Below are positions 1 to 9,326 of a DNA stretch of 64,000 nt, piece after piece. The stretch covers positions 1-64,000 of the forward strand of contig JBFMAD010000003.1 in assembly GCA_040755855.1 (NCBI GenBank), in the 5' to 3' direction. The DNA is from Planctomycetota bacterium (GTDB taxonomy: Bacteria > Planctomycetota > Brocadiia > JAADGH01). The translations under genes and the position numbers were made by a program. The notes below the pieces were generated by a model that did not search any database, was not told the origin of the DNA, and saw only the letters and a program-made list of their open reading frames with translations. Numbering within the stretch: position 1 is the first letter of the stretch; each line of letters opens with the position of its first letter.

Positions 1-75
1 CCCAGAAGCCGTCTGGACGCATTTCGCCATGCGGTTAACGAGGTAAATCGCTTTAACGGCCACGAAACGGCCAAA

Positions 76-208
76 TGGAGTGTTGGAGGGGTGGAAGATT
101 GGAATGTTGGAGTATTGGGGTATTGGGGTATTGGGTGTCTTTTCATTCTTCGTTACTCCATCACTCCATTCCCCCATCCCCCCATCACTCCAATACTCCA
201 CCATTCCA
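76..208. repeat. Inverted pair of 8-bp tandem arrays (7x TGGRNNNN / 7x NNNNYCCA) forming a long imperfect hairpin
   Basis: tggagtgt-tggagggg-tggaagat-tggaatgt-tggagtat-tggggtat-tggggtat (76-131), then complementary units ttactcca...ccattcca (153-208). Confidence 0.85.
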
Positions 209-267
209 ACCAACCTCCGCTCTGCCTGATTCCATATCTCGTTATTAGATCGGGACTTACGCCCCAA

Positions 268-431
268 GTGTCCACGAAGTTGACAGTTCTCATCGGCTAA
301 AGTGGTCATATCAGTGTGGGCGGGCTTGGGGGCCTGGGTGTCCACGAAGTTGACAGGTGGGGGTGTCCACGTCGTGGACAGTCCGGGAAGTCAAACCTTC
401 CGGACAGAAAAATGTACTGCGTACATTTTTC
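268..431. repeat. Cluster of palindromes: 3x GTGTCCACnnnGT(T/G)GACAG plus two further hairpins
   Basis: Copies at 268-286 and 338-356 (identical) and 363-381; tccgggaag..cttccgga (~382-404); perfect aaaaatgtac-tgc-gtacattttt (~408-430). Confidence 0.8.
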
Positions 432-447
432 CCCTATCGCGGAATGG

Positions 448-3400
448 TCACGATGCCAATTCCGGTAGGGCTTTCACAACCTTCATGGTTTCAAGGCTTA
501 CGGTGACGACCTTTCCGATCAGGCTCACGATATACCGGGGATCGTCCTTTCGGTTAGGGTCGCTTGGGATGCCGCTGCGTTTATCGCTCTTGACGCGATA
601 CTGGTCAATCACCCACTCAGGGGCCGACCGATTGCCCAGGCGGTATCCGAAGGTCGCCGGGGGAATCCCGCCGAGGGTGAGGAAGTCGTTGTAGACAATC
701 TGCGTCTTGTCCTTGGAGAGCTTCATCTTCTCCACCCGCCAGTTGAGAGCCACGTCTTTGTTTTCCATCTGTTGCAGGGGGTATTCCGCCTGGTCCTCGT
801 AGCGGACGTGAATCTCTGCCAGCCTGGCCCCGGCGTCGGCGAAGGCGCGGAAGTCGGGGGCGAGGGGGATGCGCGGCAGCTCGCGTTTCAGGTTTTCGGC
901 GTATTTCTTGCGGTAGTCGGGGTGGTGGAGCACGGCGTAAACGTAGTGGAAGATGTCCCACTTGGAGATCGTCTTATCCTTGTAGCGACTTCGGAATTCC
1001 GCCATAGCCCAATCCGTCACATTTTCCCGCTGTCCCGTCCCGTCCTCATTGTAGGTATAGAACGGAAAGCATTGTGAGCCGCTCTGTGGAAGCAGATCAG
1101 GGATCGCATTCACCATCAAGCCGAACACCGGCCAATCCCCCCCGACCTTGAGCCAGATAACCCGATTATCCTTCTCTGTCTCAACGGACGGTAAGATGTA
1201 GGGCATCTGGTAACGGCGTTCATTTACGTGTTCCGCAAAGTACAGACTCATCCTTGTAAACGGGCGGTATATTGTCTCGCGGATGTGTGCTTCCTCAAAC
1301 GTGAATTCGAGTCCGCGCTTCAGACAGTTTTTCAGACCCTCTGACCAGCTTATTCTTGTGTCGTCGGCCAGGACAAAATCATCCAGCGGAGGCTTCTTTG
1401 CCATGCCCCGCCATTTGCGGACCTGATCGTTGTAGGTCTCGATCATCCGCTCCATGTTCTTGGCCACTTCGCCGCGGTCGAAGTTGTAGGCCCAGGGGTC
1501 GCGATTCGTCTTGACGCCATTGCTGTACATTGTAAAGATGGCCTCTATATTGGCCTCGCCCTTGTCCTCCTTCACCCCCAGGGGCAGGAAGGTCTCAAAA
1601 TCGGCTTGGAGGCCCTCGGTGAGCCAAGTGTGGTGTCTGTCGGGGGTGATCTCCTCCCACTCGATACCGGCGCGGTCGCGCTTTTCGTCGAGAAAATCAT
1701 ACTTCTGCTCCTTGCGCCAGTTCTCTTCCGTTCGCGCGTAGAAGACCTTGGCGGGGGTTTGTCTCGTGCCTTTCTTCTTCACAAAGAGGTTGATGCTCAC
1801 ACCGACCTGGATGCCGAATACGTTATGCGTTGTGCCCGAGAGCTTTGGGTTCTTCCGCACGTTGCCGGTCAGGTCCATGACATAAATGGCATCGTTTTCT
1901 TCTGCAAGGTGCTTCCGCATTCCATCAAATGCGATGTTGTTGAGGAAGCTGTTGTTCGAGACAAAGGCGACGATGCCTTCCCCCGTTTGTCCGATCCGGT
2001 CGCAAGCCCAGCGAATCGCCTTCACGTAGGGGTCGGACAGGGCGTTTTTGTTCGTGGCCTTGGAGTCTTTGGCGTACGTCTCCGCTACGCGCTTGTCCAT
2101 GACGGGGTATTTGCGGTTTTTGTTGTTGTCGTTTTCGTTCACCTGGCCCGCGTTGTAGGGCGGATTGCCGATGATGACGAAGATGGGGGTCTTTTGCTGG
2201 CGGATGATGCGCTCGGTGTTGGCTTCGGTGAAAATGAGTTTCGTTTTGCCTTTTTCCTCGGCCAACTCGAATGTGTCCACGAGGCAGATGCCATCGAATG
2301 GGCGGTATTCGCGGGTCAGCTCGTAGTAGGCGTGCTCGATGTTCAGAGAGGCGATGTAGTAGGGCAGGAGCATGACCTCGTTGCAGTGGAGATCGTTGGC
2401 GTATTTGTGGGGCAGGGCGGTGCGCTTGATCTCGCGCATGATGCGGACGATAAAGTTGCCCGTGCCGACGAACGGGTCAATGATGTGGACGCCCTCGTCC
2501 GAGAGGGACCGCCCGAACTCCTTCGCCAGGATGTCCTCAACGGACCGGACCATGAAGTCCACGATGGGCTGGGGGGTATAGACGATGCCGTGGGTATCGG
2601 CCACCTTGACGGAAAACCCCTGGAAGAATTTTTCATACACAGTGTTGAGGAAGTGCTGCTTTTCGCTGAAGTCGTCCAGCATTGCAGCCGTAGTTTCGAT
2701 TGCGCCGTAGAAGCGGTCCAGGGGTTTCATGAATTCGTGCCGGTCGAAATACTCCGACGTGAGCACCCGCACGACCTTCTCGATCTCGCGCGCGATGATG
2801 TTTCGATCCGCAAAATCCGGGTTATCGAATACCTTGCGGAAGATCCGCTCCGTCAGGATGTGCTGTATGAGCATCTCTTCGACGGCTTGAACCGACAGAT
2901 TCGGGTTGATCGTCGCATGGCAGAGGGCGCTGAACTCATCAAATGCCTTGACGAACTTCCGGTTGGCGGGCCGCTCTTTCTCTATGCGGTCAAGCAATGC
3001 CGCCGCGAGTTCGGGAACCTTGATCTTGAACTCCTCGACCGCCTTCTGCCACTGCTCGAAGGCCGGAGGCTGGTAGTCGAAGAAGACTTTGAGCGCTTCG
3101 ACGAGGAAGTCGGGCTTGCTCACCGGCTCGTCAAATATCTCGGCGGCGTTCTGATAGACAATCACGCGATCCGGGGCCTGGAAAAGGATGTTGTCTTTCG
3201 GGTAGCCGAGGTCGAACTTCTTTTTCACTTCCGTGTCGAGGTCGTCCTCGGTGTCCTTCGCTTCCCAGACGCCGTACAACAGTTTGAAGGCGTCGAGCAG
3301 TGCGCCATCCACGACTATAGAGTGTGCGCCCCGACTGATTCTGTACTGTTCGGCCAGGGTCCAATGAAACTGCCGGGCACAGGAACGGAGGAGCGCCGCG

Positions 3401-3513
3401 AAGGCCGGCGATACGGCGCCCTCGTAGAATAGGTCGAGCTGGGAGAGGCTGTTCAGTTCAGCGTAGTAGTTCTTGACAACCTTGTGGTTTGCCTTGAGGT
3501 TGATGGCGGTCAT
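448..3513 (-). CDS. Type ISP-like/Type IIG single-polypeptide restriction-modification enzyme (nuclease, N6-adenine MTase, target recognition domain), no helicase
   Basis: N-terminal DG..EAK nuclease-like motif; GIVYTP, DPFVGTGNF (motif I) and IGNPPY (motif IV); LlaBIII-like C-terminal TRD (GVKTNRD, YRPF, YVYAVLH..YR..Y.ENLKRELPRIP). Confidence 0.85.
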   Translation of the reverse strand: MTAINLKANHKVVKNYYAELNSLSQLDLFYEGAVSPAFAALLRSCARQFHWTLAEQYRISRGAHSIVVDGALLDAFKLLYGVWEAKDTEDDLDTEVKKKFDLGYPKDNILFQAPDRVIVYQNAAEIFDEPVSKPDFLVEALKVFFDYQPPAFEQWQKAVEEFKIKVPELAAALLDRIEKERPANRKFVKAFDEFSALCHATINPNLSVQAVEEMLIQHILTERIFRKVFDNPDFADRNIIAREIEKVVRVLTSEYFDRHEFMKPLDRFYGAIETTAAMLDDFSEKQHFLNTVYEKFFQGFSVKVADTHGIVYTPQPIVDFMVRSVEDILAKEFGRSLSDEGVHIIDPFVGTGNFIVRIMREIKRTALPHKYANDLHCNEVMLLPYYIASLNIEHAYYELTREYRPFDGICLVDTFELAEEKGKTKLIFTEANTERIIRQQKTPIFVIIGNPPYNAGQVNENDNNKNRKYPVMDKRVAETYAKDSKATNKNALSDPYVKAIRWACDRIGQTGEGIVAFVSNNSFLNNIAFDGMRKHLAEENDAIYVMDLTGNVRKNPKLSGTTHNVFGIQVGVSINLFVKKKGTRQTPAKVFYARTEENWRKEQKYDFLDEKRDRAGIEWEEITPDRHHTWLTEGLQADFETFLPLGVKEDKGEANIEAIFTMYSNGVKTNRDPWAYNFDRGEVAKNMERMIETYNDQVRKWRGMAKKPPLDDFVLADDTRISWSEGLKNCLKRGLEFTFEEAHIRETIYRPFTRMSLYFAEHVNERRYQMPYILPSVETEKDNRVIWLKVGGDWPVFGLMVNAIPDLLPQSGSQCFPFYTYNEDGTGQRENVTDWAMAEFRSRYKDKTISKWDIFHYVYAVLHHPDYRKKYAENLKRELPRIPLAPDFRAFADAGARLAEIHVRYEDQAEYPLQQMENKDVALNWRVEKMKLSKDKTQIVYNDFLTLGGIPPATFGYRLGNRSAPEWVIDQYRVKSDKRSGIPSDPNRKDDPRYIVSLIGKVVTVSLETMKVVKALPELAS

Positions 3514-3530
3514 GTCGGCCTCCCATATTT

Positions 3531-3600
3531 GGGGTCACTCATATTCCCCGGGGTCACTCATATTCCCCGGGGTCAAGGGATATTCCGGGGACATAACACT
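3531..3600. repeat. Tandem 19-bp palindromic repeat GGGGTCACTCATATTCCCC (2 exact copies, 1-2 degenerate)
   Basis: 3531-3549 and 3550-3568 exact, then ggggtcaagggatattcc and ggggacataacact, directly upstream of the R-M gene. Confidence 0.8.
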
Positions 3601-3708
3601 GTTTTTCCCTTGCGCAATTCCGGCGCCACTCTGGGGCGCTGCGGCGGCAGAGAATGTGTCGGCCCTGCATTCAGTATATACCGTATCCCGTCGTTGTCAA
3701 ATGCGGAC

Positions 3709-4728
3709 TTATGATTCCTGATTTGTGAAGGCCTCGACCGCGGCCACGGCGTTCTCCGTGGGCGTCTCCGGCTGCAACGGCTTCGCCGGAGCCAGGATGT
3801 ATCCGCCGGCCCGCCCCATCTCGGCGCAGAGGCGCCGGACCTCCTTCCGAATCTCATCGGGCGCGCCGAAGGGAATCACACTCTGACTGCCCAGGCCGCC
3901 CCAGAACGTGATCCGGTCGCCCCACTTTTTTTTCAACTCGTATGGATTCATTCCCCGCGCCTCCGGCTGCACGCTCTCCAACACATCCAGCCCGATCTCG
4001 ATGATGTCCGGCATGATGTCGGCCACCGAGCCGCAGCAGTGGGTGATGACGAGTTTGCCGCGCGCATGGACCGCCTCGTATATCTTCGCCCATCTCGGCT
4101 TGATGAAGCGCCGCCAGCGCTCCGGCCCCAGGATCACGCCGCGCTGATCGCCCCAGTCGTCGCCGAACATGACGGCATCAACCGGCAGGTCCGCCGTGTA
4201 CTCCACGAAGGCGAGGTAGAGATTCATCAGCTTGTCCAGCATCTCCCCGTAGAAGTCCGGATGGTCAATGCAGTCCATGAGGACGTTCTGGAAGCCGCGC
4301 AGGTTCCAACTGATCTCGAACAATCCCCAGCCCAGTCCCGCGATGATGAACTTATCCTTGTGCTGCCTGCACGTCTCCTTTGCCTTCTCCTTTTGGTCGG
4401 GCCGGAAGAAGGATTCGGCGGCGGGGAACGCATAGCCCTCGAACGACGCCCGCTCCAATGGCGGCTTTTCGAGGTGATGCGGCCGGCGGTCCATCCGCCA
4501 GATCGCGTCGTATGGATCGCGCGAGTACGTAGCGTCTATCGGCGTCCGCTCGTTGGTCTGGACCGCTTGTACGCGGACGATGTACGTCGCCAGCCGCTTG
4601 CGCCAGTCCGGGCCGCCGTAGTGCGCGTCAAGGCGGTCGCCTACGTCCTTCTCCATGGGGAGCGTGTAGGGGACCGGCTTTGTCTCCTTGTGATGGATCT
4701 GACTTAGAATCATGTCACGCGGCGTCAT
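3709..4728 (-). CDS. Uroporphyrinogen decarboxylase (URO-D/MtaA-like) family protein
   Basis: FGDDWGDQ, HCCG, LKKKWGDRITFWGG, GGYILAP motifs; start moved to MTPRD, which follows a GGAGGAG RBS. Confidence 0.85.
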   Translation of the reverse strand: MTPRDMILSQIHHKETKPVPYTLPMEKDVGDRLDAHYGGPDWRKRLATYIVRVQAVQTNERTPIDATYSRDPYDAIWRMDRRPHHLEKPPLERASFEGYAFPAAESFFRPDQKEKAKETCRQHKDKFIIAGLGWGLFEISWNLRGFQNVLMDCIDHPDFYGEMLDKLMNLYLAFVEYTADLPVDAVMFGDDWGDQRGVILGPERWRRFIKPRWAKIYEAVHARGKLVITHCCGSVADIMPDIIEIGLDVLESVQPEARGMNPYELKKKWGDRITFWGGLGSQSVIPFGAPDEIRKEVRRLCAEMGRAGGYILAPAKPLQPETPTENAVAAVEAFTNQES

Positions 4729-4774
4729 GCGTTTTTCTCCTCCGTGTATCTTTCTTCTCAAACTTCGGTCCGAA

Positions 4775-5893
4775 TCACCTGCTCGGCAGGGAAATGGGGT
4801 ATCGCCCGATCTCCTTCGCGTAGGCCACAGCCGGGACGAGGGTGTCGGGATTGACGCCCGGATATGTCTCTCCGCCGATGGCCAGGGCGTAGCCGCCGCC
4901 AGGCGCGCCGATGCGGATCGCCCGCTCGATTGCGGGCTTGGCGGTATCGAGGTCGTAGTAGAGGTCCTTGCAGTTCAGCCCGCCGCTGAAGAAGACCTTG
5001 CCGCCGAGATGCTTCTTTGCATTCTCGATCCGGCTGAAGCCGCCCATGTCCATGCTGGTCAGCTTCATGTCGTTGGCGTACATCTCGAAGTGGTGGTCGT
5101 TCGGCCCGTCGGCGTGGAGGTAGCGGCCGTTCTGGCCGTACTTGTCATAGAGGGCCTTGTTGTATTTGAAGATCTGGTCGCGGTACATGGCGTTGGAGAT
5201 GAAGGCCGAGTTGTCGTCGGCGAGGCCGAGGGATGTAGTCTTGCGCCCGGCGCGCTTGTCGTAGAAGTCGCGGAGCATGCAGAATGCCTCGAAGCACTTG
5301 TCGAAGAGCTTCGCGGCCATGGCCTTGTCCACGGCCATCAGCTCGTAAACCTTGTCCGCCCCTATGAGGGCGCAGGCGCAGGAGATCGGCGGGTGGATGC
5401 CGATTTGCCCTCCGCCGACGGGCAGGATGATGCCGCGCTTCGTCACCATCTCTTTGAAGGCCGCGAACTCCTCGTCGAGTTTTTTGACCGCCGGATGGAT
5501 TTCGGGGTCGGGGACGGGGAGTTCCTCGATGTCGGCGGGATCGTCCAGGATTTCCACCGCGCGCGGTGATGTGTCGTCTGGGTACTCGATGGGCATGTCC
5601 CAGTACAGCGCCTCGCCCAGCGGGCCGATGTCGTAGGTGATGCCATAGGACGTCCGGTCGTCGTCGAGGATATCGAAGGCCCACTCGAGGCCCTTGATCT
5701 GGACCTCGATCTTCACCTCGGAATCGGTGTAGTAGTCGCGGATGTTGTAGCCGAAGAGTCGGGAGTAGTAGCTGCCCGCCGTGCTGATGAGGATCGGCAC
5801 ACGGTCGGGCTCCTGGAAGCGATGGGCGATGGCGAGGCGTTCTCGTGATGCGGCGATCTTCTTCTCATACTTCTTCGGGTCGAAACCGGACAT
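4775..5893 (-). CDS. URO-D family protein (divergent)
   Basis: EPDRVP N-terminus, LADD..AFIS..MY, HADG, GAPGGGYAL; AAGGAG RBS before MSGFD. Confidence 0.75.
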   Translation of the reverse strand: MSGFDPKKYEKKIAASRERLAIAHRFQEPDRVPILISTAGSYYSRLFGYNIRDYYTDSEVKIEVQIKGLEWAFDILDDDRTSYGITYDIGPLGEALYWDMPIEYPDDTSPRAVEILDDPADIEELPVPDPEIHPAVKKLDEEFAAFKEMVTKRGIILPVGGGQIGIHPPISCACALIGADKVYELMAVDKAMAAKLFDKCFEAFCMLRDFYDKRAGRKTTSLGLADDNSAFISNAMYRDQIFKYNKALYDKYGQNGRYLHADGPNDHHFEMYANDMKLTSMDMGGFSRIENAKKHLGGKVFFSGGLNCKDLYYDLDTAKPAIERAIRIGAPGGGYALAIGGETYPGVNPDTLVPAVAYAKEIGRYPISLPSR

Positions 5894-5936
5894 GAACATC
5901 TCCTTTCATGCACAAACAATGGCGACGCGCAGAAAC

Positions 5937-8900
5937 CTACTTGTCCATCGCGCTTGCATAAAATAGCCAGTGCCGCTCCCAATACCGGCAGAGCTTCACC
6001 AGCAACACATTCCGCCCGGGCTTCAGCTTCACATCGGCGACAAACTCGTCCTGCATCACGCCCTTCTGGTTCGGCAGGTAGGCGATCTGCTCGCCGTTCA
6101 GCCAGGCCTGCGCCGCGCTGGACGCGCCGATGCTCAGGCGCATGGTCTTGGCCTTGTCCGACTCGATCGTCGCCGCGGCATAAACCACGTCGCCGATGCT
6201 CGTCTCCGTGTTCGAACCGAGATGGACGAGGCCGATGCCCTTCGATGCGGCGTGTTTTGTGGCCCATCCGTCCGTGTTCGGCTTGGCCGGATCGCGGTCG
6301 GGCGCGGCGCGCACCTGAAGGATAGGATACCAGTCGGGGTTCGCATAGCGCGGGCTGATGTTCCATTCCCTAACCGAACCTGCCATGAGCGGATCGGGTT
6401 TCATTTCCTTCGTCGGTCGGATGACCAGGGCCGACACGCCCCAGCCCGTCGGGCCACCGAAGGTCAGGTCGAGCTTGCCATCGCTGATTTCGATGGTGAA
6501 CGTCCGCGAGTGGACCGATCCCTTGTAGTGCGGCGCGTCCAGGAGCACCGGCGCGCCGTTGGCCGTCACCATGCCGGAGACAAGGTAGTTGCGCAGCGTC
6601 CACGACGGGTTCAGCGTCACGACCCGGACGTCGTACTTCCCGTTGTCGAGCTTTACGCGGAAGTGCTTCGGCGCGCCGCAGAAGAGGCCGCGGTTGATCG
6701 GATCGGGGATCGGCGTCTTGTAGGGCCAGAAGATGGCGTAGCCCTCCGTGATCTCGCGCGGTTCGCCCTTGCCGTACTTCTGGGCCCCAGCATAGTGAAG
6801 CTCCTCCGGGGTCGGTTCCGATGCGTCCTCGCCGGGCAGCCAGCCGTAGCCGGCCTCGTGCGAGTAGGCCGTGTCGGCCCGCACGACCTTCCATCCTTCG
6901 GTAGGGTTCTTCGGCCCGAAGTCGAGGGCAAGCGTCGCGCCCTGGATGTCGGCCATGGCCTGGACCTCGGCGACCACCTTTGCTTCCTGCGCGATGGCGA
7001 CATCGGTGAGCAGCCTCTCGGCGGCCTTTGTGTATGCCTGCGCGGCGGCGAGGTCGCCCGTTTCCTTTGGACGGGGGGCAGCCGCTCCCCCCTGTGCACC
7101 CGCATATTTCGCCCGCTCCATCAACGTGTCGCCGAGGGCGATGGCGCTCTCGACCACGTCAAGCCCCTTCTTGCCGACGAGGACGATCCCATAGACCCGG
7201 ATCGAGGGCAGATCAAATTTAACCGCATCGTCCTTCCGCTCGAACGTCATCGGTTTGGCCCCCTGCCCCGGAATGAGAAACTGCATCTCCTCGGGACGGA
7301 TGTCCTTCGGCAGGCGCACGGTGAGTTTCACCGGCTTCGTCGGCGCGGCCTTGCCGGTCTCGAAGTTGATGTCGTAGTTGACGAAGTGCAGCGACGCGAC
7401 GCCGCAGTCGTAGACCCACGGCTTCACCCAGAGGAGGTGGGGCAGGTCGCCCTCGATAAGCGGCGGGTCGCCGAGCGCCTTTCGCAGGAGCGAAATGGCC
7501 GAGGCGGTCGTGGCGCGGGTTTGCTCGTTCTCCTTCGTCCGGCTCGCGGTGAAGTTCGGGTCGGGGGTCAGGTCAACCACCTTGCCACGCCCCTTCCATG
7601 CGGCGGTCACATCCGTCGCGCGAGGCTTGTCGTTCTCGTCGCGGATGCCGACGCGGCCGACGATGCCGACCGTCACGCCGGCGTCGAGGGCCTGGCCGAT
7701 CTTCTCGACCTGCGCGTCGGACAGGCACTCGACCTCGGGGAGGATGATGAGCCGGTAGCGCTTCAGGTCGTCGAGCGAGGCGTAGTCGTCATGGATCTCC
7801 GGATGGTTCAGGATGGCCACATCGAAGGGGATGTGCCCCTCCTCCATGGCCCGCGCCATGCCGGAGAGGGCGTTCATCGGCGGCGCGGCGACGGCGGCCT
7901 GGTAGTTGCGATACATAAATGTCGGGATCGAATGGACAAGGGCTGCCTGGCAGAGGCGGCGCTTGCCGTGGTTGGCGAAGAGGGCGCGGTGGTCATGCCG
8001 CAGTTGGAAATAGTCCTGGAGCAGTTTCAGAAGCTCCGGCTCTTTCGCAAATGTGAATTGATTGACGAACAGCACCCCGCCGCCGGCGCACGGCTCGGCC
8101 AGCTCGTGCTCCACGAGATCGGGGGCGTTCTTGTGAAACGCCGTCATGCACATCAACGGCTTCCGCCCGCGGAGCATGGCCCAACCGATCTCGAAGCGGA
8201 ACGCGCCCCAGCAGTTGTTCCAGCCGCACTTGAACATGTCATAGGCGGACTGCCCCGCCGACTCGAACCAGACCGTGTCCACGAAATCGGAGAGCGCGAT
8301 CTGGTAGGCGTCCGTCCCCATGAAACCGCCGCCCTGGTTGCCGTGGACGCTGTATTGCTTGCCGAGCCGCCCGGCGACGACCTTCTGGTCCCGGTAGTAG
8401 CGCATCAGGTTGTGGATGTGGGAGAGGTAGAGGAACTTCGTGTATTCGGCCATGACCGGATCGTCGCAGAGGCGGGCGAGGCGTTCCGCCTCAGCGGCGG
8501 ACCAACGTTCCTTCAGGTTGTAGGGCGGGAGCTGGCGGAACTGGTCCATGAGATTCGCTTGGACGTAGTCGCGGATGTGTTTGTATTTCTTGCGAAACTC
8601 CGGCAGGCGGTTCGTCGTTTCGAGATAGTGAAAGAACTTCCGGTTGCAGTAGTCGCAGTACCGGCCATGCGATCCCGCGCCGATGCGGCAGGTCGGCCCG
8701 CCGATGTTGTCCTGGCTCATCGAGTCGGCGAAGAGGGGGCTGGTGAGCAGGTCGTAGTTGATCACCGACCACCACCGCGGCGCGTTGTTGCAGACGATGA
8801 AGGCGTCCCAGCCAATCTTTTCCTTCCACCACTGCACGCTCGTGTTGTATTGTTCGCTCAGGACGCGCTCGCCGTTCATGTCGCGGGCGATGCCGTTGTC

Positions 8901-9305
8901 CCAGAAGAGCTTCTTCGCGCCCTCCTCGTGAAAGTGGATCGTCTCCTGGTACTCGTTGCTGCCGTATTCTTCGTGCCAGATGCCGTGGTGTTCGAGCCAC
9001 TGGTGGCTGGTGTAGTCGGCCGAGCGGTCCACGTAGTCAATCAGGGGGAAGTGTTGGGCGATCCACCCGTCCTTGCGCTCGGTCCCGCCCCCGCCTCCGC
9101 CCCAGCCGGCGTTGACGACGAACTGGGTCCAGTGGACCGGCTCCTTGATCGGCGCGTTGAACTCGCGCAGGTCCTTCCCGTAATCAGGCAGGACGATCTC
9201 AAGCCGGTCAGTCGCCGCAGGCATCCGCTTGTCCTCCTCGCAGTTCACCATTGCCAGGACGCAAACAATCCCCAGTCCCATCAGCGCGTGTCGTCGGTCG
9301 CACAT
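5937..9305 (-). CDS. Secreted GH42-like TIM-barrel protein with beta-galactosidase trimerisation-like domain and C-terminal beta-sandwich/CBM-like domains
   Basis: Hydrophobic N-terminus; YCDYC; HIPFDV..LKRYRLIILPEVECLSD; LHFVNY; GYGWL and AWLNGE..LKPGRNVLLVK sandwiches; start moved to MCDRR (GGAGG RBS) because the upstream extension crosses REPs. Confidence 0.6.
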   Translation of the reverse strand: MCDRRHALMGLGIVCVLAMVNCEEDKRMPAATDRLEIVLPDYGKDLREFNAPIKEPVHWTQFVVNAGWGGGGGGTERKDGWIAQHFPLIDYVDRSADYTSHQWLEHHGIWHEEYGSNEYQETIHFHEEGAKKLFWDNGIARDMNGERVLSEQYNTSVQWWKEKIGWDAFIVCNNAPRWWSVINYDLLTSPLFADSMSQDNIGGPTCRIGAGSHGRYCDYCNRKFFHYLETTNRLPEFRKKYKHIRDYVQANLMDQFRQLPPYNLKERWSAAEAERLARLCDDPVMAEYTKFLYLSHIHNLMRYYRDQKVVAGRLGKQYSVHGNQGGGFMGTDAYQIALSDFVDTVWFESAGQSAYDMFKCGWNNCWGAFRFEIGWAMLRGRKPLMCMTAFHKNAPDLVEHELAEPCAGGGVLFVNQFTFAKEPELLKLLQDYFQLRHDHRALFANHGKRRLCQAALVHSIPTFMYRNYQAAVAAPPMNALSGMARAMEEGHIPFDVAILNHPEIHDDYASLDDLKRYRLIILPEVECLSDAQVEKIGQALDAGVTVGIVGRVGIRDENDKPRATDVTAAWKGRGKVVDLTPDPNFTASRTKENEQTRATTASAISLLRKALGDPPLIEGDLPHLLWVKPWVYDCGVASLHFVNYDINFETGKAAPTKPVKLTVRLPKDIRPEEMQFLIPGQGAKPMTFERKDDAVKFDLPSIRVYGIVLVGKKGLDVVESAIALGDTLMERAKYAGAQGGAAAPRPKETGDLAAAQAYTKAAERLLTDVAIAQEAKVVAEVQAMADIQGATLALDFGPKNPTEGWKVVRADTAYSHEAGYGWLPGEDASEPTPEELHYAGAQKYGKGEPREITEGYAIFWPYKTPIPDPINRGLFCGAPKHFRVKLDNGKYDVRVVTLNPSWTLRNYLVSGMVTANGAPVLLDAPHYKGSVHSRTFTIEISDGKLDLTFGGPTGWGVSALVIRPTKEMKPDPLMAGSVREWNISPRYANPDWYPILQVRAAPDRDPAKPNTDGWATKHAASKGIGLVHLGSNTETSIGDVVYAAATIESDKAKTMRLSIGASSAAQAWLNGEQIAYLPNQKGVMQDEFVADVKLKPGRNVLLVKLCRYWERHWLFYASAMDK

Positions 9306-9326
9306 GGCCACCCTCCCCGTCGAATC

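Noticed and set aside
91..300. 69-aa ORF with periodic sequence
   Set aside because: It is just the translation of the octamer repeat hairpin
268..381. Possible CRISPR array (19-bp repeats; also 3531-3590)
   Set aside because: Repeats too short and too few, spacers irregular or absent, and no cas genes
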